DNA of 62,933 bases, counting the filler, from Saprolegnia diclina VS20 (taxonomy: Eukaryota): the NCBI RefSeq assembly GCF_000281045.1. It is 4 parts of 2 records of this genome, joined end to end, with 100 filler letters (N's around TTAATTAATTAA, not from the genome) between each part and the next. Parts side by side here need not be neighbours in the genome. Positions count along the whole stretch, not along the records: positions 56,150 to 59,104 come from NW_008246092.1; positions 59,205 to 62,933 come from NW_008246092.1; 2 more parts are not named here. One strand, written 5' to 3'. The first letter of the stretch is position 1, and each line of letters opens with the position of its first letter. Below, one piece after another: positions 57,538-62,933 of this stretch. The position numbers were made by a program, and so were the translations under genes. Below the pieces are notes generated by a model. The model searched no databases. It saw nothing but the letters and a program-made list of their open reading frames with translations, and was not told the DNA's origin.

Positions 57538-58199
57538 ATGAGGTTGAGAACGACCAAGGCTAAACCACAGTCTGGTCTGTGTCTGGCGTCACGTGCGTGA
57601 GTAGCTGACGTGCCTAACCTGATCCAACCTTCAACGGTGATGGGCAGCAGCTGCGTGGCTGCTACCATCTAATTTTGTCCTTGCAGAAAGGCCGTCTTCT
57701 TATTCGACGCGCGTTTGGTGTGTGAAAACTCCCACAGGATACTTACAATCCAGTGCACGCGTCTTCAGCACAGTTGGCAGCGATCACCTCGGTCCGCTCG
57801 TCTTCCGCTAATAGTAAAGGTGCGGCCACCCGCGGTTCTTTTCATCCCCTGGCCCTTGCGGCCAACACCGACGAATTCTCATCGCAAGTCCATGCCTGTA
57901 CCCGCCGTTAACCGAGGTTTCGCCGCGCAGCGCGGGCAAGATCTCGGTGGCCGTCGTCAACAAAGTTGCGAATACTGCGCGTGACAACCGAGATTATATC
58001 CGTGTCGAAAGGTGCAGTCGGCGGCTACTACAATTTCACATTGATAGGCAGATCATGTTTGCATGATTCCAAGTCTCGTTTCCGCTCTCCTCCTCGTGTG
58101 TACCTCGCCTCCACCGGCCTCGGCAAGCAGCCGTGCATTGCGAGCGCCAACCAACGAGCCGGAACGCACCATCGAGCATCTACGAATGGCTGTCGTCGA

Positions 58200-59104
58200 G
58201 CGTTCACGAGGGGCTGTCTTCAACAATGTGGGCGATCAGTGACAAACGATTGCGCACGTGGCACCGCAAGAGGGGGATTGGTACAAGATGGAAAACGAGG
58301 TGCGACGAAATTTGTCGGCCCTGGTGTTGTGGTCTATCGGTCGTTGGAGGTAAACCGCGTGAGCCATTCGGTGGCGTCGTCCGAGTAGGCTTTGAAGTGA
58401 TGCGGCGCGATGTAACCAACCGTGTCGTCGCCAGCGCTGTGCTTTTGGATGGCCAACTTGATGAGGAGCTGGATCGTGTCGTCGTTGACGTATGCGCCGG
58501 GCTGTAGCGACGCCGACGTCTCGTCGTGGCTGGGCATGTAGCTTTGCTCTTGGTCAAAGAGAGGGGCGGCAGCGTCGTCGCGCGTAGAGGGGTTGACTTC
58601 ATTCGCGTTGGTGGACATGTGGGGCGAGGTGGGCTTGGTCTTCGTCTTTTCTTTTCTTGGCTCGGGCTCGGGCGCGTCGGGGTCTGGCCGCGGCCGCTTG
58701 GCGGGCGACTTTGTGGTCTTGGAAGACACGTTGGTAGCCCGCGACCGCTTGGCGGGTGACTTTGTGGTCTTGGGCTTTGCAGCTTTTTCTTGCTCTTGCC
58801 CTTGTTGGTCTTGCGCATGTCTTGAGGTGTTTCGGGCTTCTTGTTGGTGCGCGGGCGCTTGTGCGGGTCGATGGATGCCTTGGCCGCGCGTTTCTTCTTG
58901 TCCTTGGCCACCGCGGCTTTGGGGCAGTGCGCGTTTGGGTCGATGCTGCGCGCGTCGTTCCTCGAGTGCGAGTACCCGCCACCGCCGTAATGGTGGGTTG
59001 TAGTGCTTGAAGACGCTTGCGGTCAAAGGTGAACGAGAGGGGCATGCACCGAAAGTACAGAAGTCCTGCGTGATGTAGCTCGACGACGAGAGCTCGGTGC
59101 ACGA
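58200..59104 (-). pseudogene. Decayed Ulp1/C48-protease-like ORF, probably transposon-derived
   Basis: Basic low-complexity region with duplicated KTTKSPAKR, then LQPGAYVNDDTIQLLIKL (compare Ulp1 L.PG.WLND.II). Stop and frameshifts follow. Confidence 0.45.
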
Positions 59105-59204
59105 NNNNNNNNNNNNNNNNNNNNNNNNNNNNNNNNNNNNNNNNNNNNTTAATTAATTAANNNNNNNNNNNNNNNNNNNNNNNNNNNNNNNNNNNNNNNN
59201 NNNN

Positions 59205-60258
59205 TGGGCGAGACGCGCTCCCAGACGCGCTCGACGGGCAGTGGCGTCACATCGTCAGCGACGTTTTCGCGCTCGGCGTCCGGCAGGATGCAGCGGGGCC
59301 GGAGCTTCGCCTTCCACTCCGCGTCGTCCTTCCAGTTGAGCGGCATGGCGCTGCTCGGGCGGGCACCCGGGGCCGGCGCGGGCTTTCGGACGTCAATTTC
59401 CCAAAAGGCCACCATGAATGTAACGCGGCGTGGCTTGAGGAGGAGCGAGAAGCGCCCCGGGCCGCGGCCAGGCACAACACCGTGCAGGACCTTGCCATTG
59501 AAGACGACGAACCGGTTCTCTTTCGGGTGCACGAGCCAGCCATGCTTGGCGAGCGACGTGCCGCCAAACGCTTGGTCCGAGACGCACGTCGGGCCGCCGA
59601 CCGGAGCCTCGAGAAACATGACGGTCGAGACGATCGGGTTACGAACGCCGTCGCGGCCTTCGTCGGCGCTGTCAAAATGAAACTGGTGCCCCGAGTGGTG
59701 CGGGCGGCAGTGCGTCCACCACTCTGCAAACTTGGCGTTCTTGACGTTCGGGAAGCGCTCCATTGCGAGGTTCTTGAGATAGTGGATGACGTCTTCGAGG
59801 CCCGACGACGGCGGCTTGGAGAGGTCGTGGACATAGCTAAAGTACGGCGACGGCGGGTCCACCGAGTACTGGTGCGCGGCCCAGAACGGTGAGTCGGACG
59901 ATGCAAACGCGTCCTGCATAAAGTGCAGCATCGTCGGCGGCAACGCGTTGTCGGCGCCGCGCACATATGGGCGGTAGTCGGCGGCCGTGAACGAAAAAGC
60001 GTCGGCCGATGGCGGCGGCAAGTCTTCTTCGTACGTGTAGCGCAAGACGCACGTCGCGAGGCGGTGCGTGAAGCCGCGCCGCGCGAGAAACTTGTTGGCC
60101 TCGGACGTCTGGCCCGCTTGGATCAGGTGCAACGCATGCTTCTGGGCAGCAATGAACTCAGCCTCCGACTCCTCTTCGACCGGTGCGTACCGGGGCGGGC
60201 GCACGCGCTCCTTCTTGCGCTTGGCGCTGCCATCGCGGTCGGCCTTGCGCTTTACCAT
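59205..60258 (-). CDS. 2OG-Fe(II) oxygenase (prolyl-hydroxylase-like), 3' end in gap
   Basis: AEWW, HFD (HxD), STVMFL..GGPT, PKENRFVVFNGKVLHGV (distal His) and RVTFMVAFW (2OG-binding Arg). N-terminal NLS-like KRKADRDGSAKRKK. Confidence 0.85.
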
Positions 60259-61046
60259 CGGATTCCGCCGGATAATTCTATGGCGATCCAATTCCCACGT
60301 ATTTTTCACACGCGTGTTTTTACACCCTTTATCCGGATCCAGCCATTAGCTGGGATCCAGTATTTGATTTGGATGGAAACGTGGCGCGATACTGGAACGG
60401 CGCCACCCAATTGAAGCATTGCACTTTTTGCGCAAGGGCTGCTGCTACCGCGTCGTCGATGCAAATAGAATGCGAGCAAGACGCCACCCGCCCCAGCGAC
60501 CTGCTATGCGATCGTACCAAACAGTGTTTTGATTCGAGCTGCGAAATCTAGTGTAATCAATTGGACTGGGTACCGCAGTCGTGCCACATAGATTACTGCA
60601 CGCAAGCAAACCGCCGACCATGCTCTACGACCAAGCCGCTGTAATGTTGCCCATTCAAGCACTGTGTCGCTCCTAGTGACGCAAACCATGCACTGGAGCA
60701 GCGAGCGGCAAGCCTCCGCCTGACAAACTGCTGTTGACGACGCTAGAGTGCTGCGCCTCAGACCACCGTGCCAGTGTGGTGCGTCACCCATCCGGATGCC
60801 GCTGGTTGCCGTCGATTTGCATGGCCCATGCCCCGACCAGGACCTAGCAGTGCTAGGCTAGCACCCAGTTCTTCACTGAATGGAAGGGCAAGGCTCCATG
60901 ATTCAAGTAGGGGGACCAGGCAAATCGGCGTCGGGCGCCATCTGATTGTGTCACACGCCAGCGTCTGGGGAATATTAATATTTGCGGGCTGGATCTCTGC
61001 CACGACCTCACCGCGTTGGCCACTTCGCTTCTGACATAGGACCATC

Positions 61047-61893
61047 ATGCGCCTGCTCTCGCTACTCGGTGCGTATGAAGGACGAAGGGGCCAGCGCTCA
61101 TGCACCTCGACTTGTAGGGTGCGTGGCAGCAGCATGCGCTGCGACGAATGGCACGTGGCCGCTCGTGTGTCAAACGCGCGGCGACGACCTCTGTGATACG
61201 GCGACGGACCTCTGCCCGCCGTGCGTCTCGAGCGCCAACACCTCGAGCCCTGTCTGCGTCGGCTTCAACACGAGCGGCGTGTGCCCCTCTGGCTTTTACA
61301 TCTGGTCGGTTCCCAACGTGACGCTCGTGCCGGTGCCAACACCAACCTCCGATACGATCACGCTGCCGCCGACAACCACCGCGGCAGCTACGACCGACGC
61401 GCCAACGACGACGCCGGCCCCCACGACTACAACTACGCCGACGACAATTGCGCCGACAACTACGATTGCGCCCACGACGCAGCCCGACTCGGACGCCAAC
61501 ACGCGCGCCGAGATGCAGCGACGCAAGGAGGAGCAGGCCGATGTGACGACGATGGGCATCATCGTGGTGGCCGTGGCCGGCACAGTTGCCGCGGTGGCGT
61601 CTGTCCTCTTTATGAAGCGATCGAAGCACCGTCAAGAGACCACCAATGTCCAAACACCCCGGCGCGACGTGCTGATTACGACCCGTGCGGCGCCAACGAA
61701 GGACGGCGAGAGCCACGACAAGCGGTACTCGGACTGGCTCGAGATCAACGCGGTCGTGTCGCCGCAAGCCGAGGTCGACCTCGTCAACGGCACGCCGCTG
61801 GAGCTCTGGGACGAGCTCCCGATTCTCCAGCGCAACCGCGAGCGCGAGCTCACGCTCTTGGAGAACCACGAGTCGACGGACTCGGTCCTTTAG
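61047..61893 (+). CDS. Type I membrane protein: signal peptide, Cys-rich domain, Thr-rich stalk, TM, tail
   Basis: MRLLSLLG|intron|CVAAACAA, 6-Cys domain, poly-Thr/Pro stalk, and TM IIVVAVAGTVAAVASVLFM followed by KRSK. Confidence 0.85.
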
Positions 61894-62933
61894 CTCCCAT
61901 CTCAACATTCTCATCCACACCACTGCTTGCATGGGCTGTATCACTAGCAATAGGACTAGTACTAGCATTATTCATCGCTTTAACAAGCGTCGTCGACCGA
62001 CGCCTTGCACGCAGGCGGCGTTCGCAGCCATTTTTGCATATCGACGCGCGCAGCTTGCCACGTTACAACCCGCCACCTTTGCACAGATCGAAGCAAGACC
62101 TATGTCGGAACCAGTCATTCTTTCTCATATTTGTGTTCGATGCAGAGCTGGTCACACGACCGGCCAACCGACTCAGATCCGTCCTTCCAGAAGCCGGTCT
62201 GCTCGGGTGGGGTACTATTGTTTTATAAAAGGAGCGCCACCGAGGACGCAGATCTGACTGGCAAACGCATCTGCGTCAAAAAAGCTTTCGCAAAAAACGC
62301 GAAGCTTCGGGACCATTCCGACCTTTGCGTGGCGCAGTGTAACGTTATGTCGATTGATACCAGTTGAAGCTATTATTTCATATATCAGTGCGGGACAATC
62401 AATGACAACCACCAATTTCATAAAGTCGTTTATTGGCAGTGTGTTTTGATCCCTTTTTGCATGGACGCTTCAGTTTAAACGCTTTCATTTCACAAAAACG
62501 CGCGTTTCAACCCTTGCTGTGGGTGAAACATCGACATCATCGATCCCCGCGCTGGAAACGGCAGTCTTGTTGACAACCGTGCTCGAGCAATCAATGATGA
62601 GGCGGTATTTCGCACGAAATGGTTTTTACCAAGTTGCAAGGACGCTTTTGGGTTGGTTTGGAGGCTCGCACAGGCAGCTCGAGTGGCTCGAGCCGCCGCT
62701 CGGGCGATGAACGAGCTCAATCACCAAGCGTGAGTCGCCACGAGTGAAGATTGTAGTTGCTGCATGCATCCAATGTTGAGTGATCTGGGGTAGCATTTTT
62801 CAATCGACGGTGTGGGAATCATTTGTGCGCCCCGGTGCGGTGGTCCGTGAAGTTGTCAGTGCGGGTTCCGAGCGAAAATTGTAGATCGGCATGCCACGTT
62901 TGGCGGTGTAGAACAGAGTCCTTCAGAAGTATT

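Noticed and set aside
7864..60258. Skp1 hydroxylation/glycosylation cluster (GT60 + prolyl hydroxylase-like gene)
   Set aside because: The genes are 50 kb apart across several gaps. The GT60 is membrane-anchored and the oxygenase is not recognisably PhyA.

Overview
Eukaryotic, GC-rich genomic scaffold with many very short (about 35-60 nt) GT-AG introns and oomycete-type Inr/FPR promoter motifs. Gene content and style point to an oomycete, most likely Saprolegniales (inference, no database search run). About 20 genes are supported: an inverted near-identical duplicate of an intronless multi-TM protein, a tandem-FYVE protein, an ankyrin-TKL kinase with about one repeat per exon, a GT60 GlcNAc-transferase, an EF-hand/WD40 protein, two Cys-rich mucin-like type I membrane proteins, cysteine synthase, an expansin-ricin lectin fusion, a Dpy-30/IQ protein, an NTA1-like amidase, a p24-like protein, a polyprenol-kinase-like protein, a PEPCK-like protein, an ADP-ribosylglycohydrolase (crystallin J1/SelJ-like), a TPR protein and a 2OG-Fe(II) oxygenase. 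Decayed mobile-DNA zones lie at about 18.4-22 kb and 53-59 kb. The most notable items are a foldback-type element built from 32-bp palindromic units, an STPR-like plus RPA70-like (Helitron-like) relic inside a duplicated oxygenase pseudogene, a 143-bp nested hairpin, and the exon-per-repeat ankyrin kinase. There are five assembly gaps; three carry an artificial TTAATTAATTAA linker, so adjacency across them is unreliable. Exon boundaries were read by eye.
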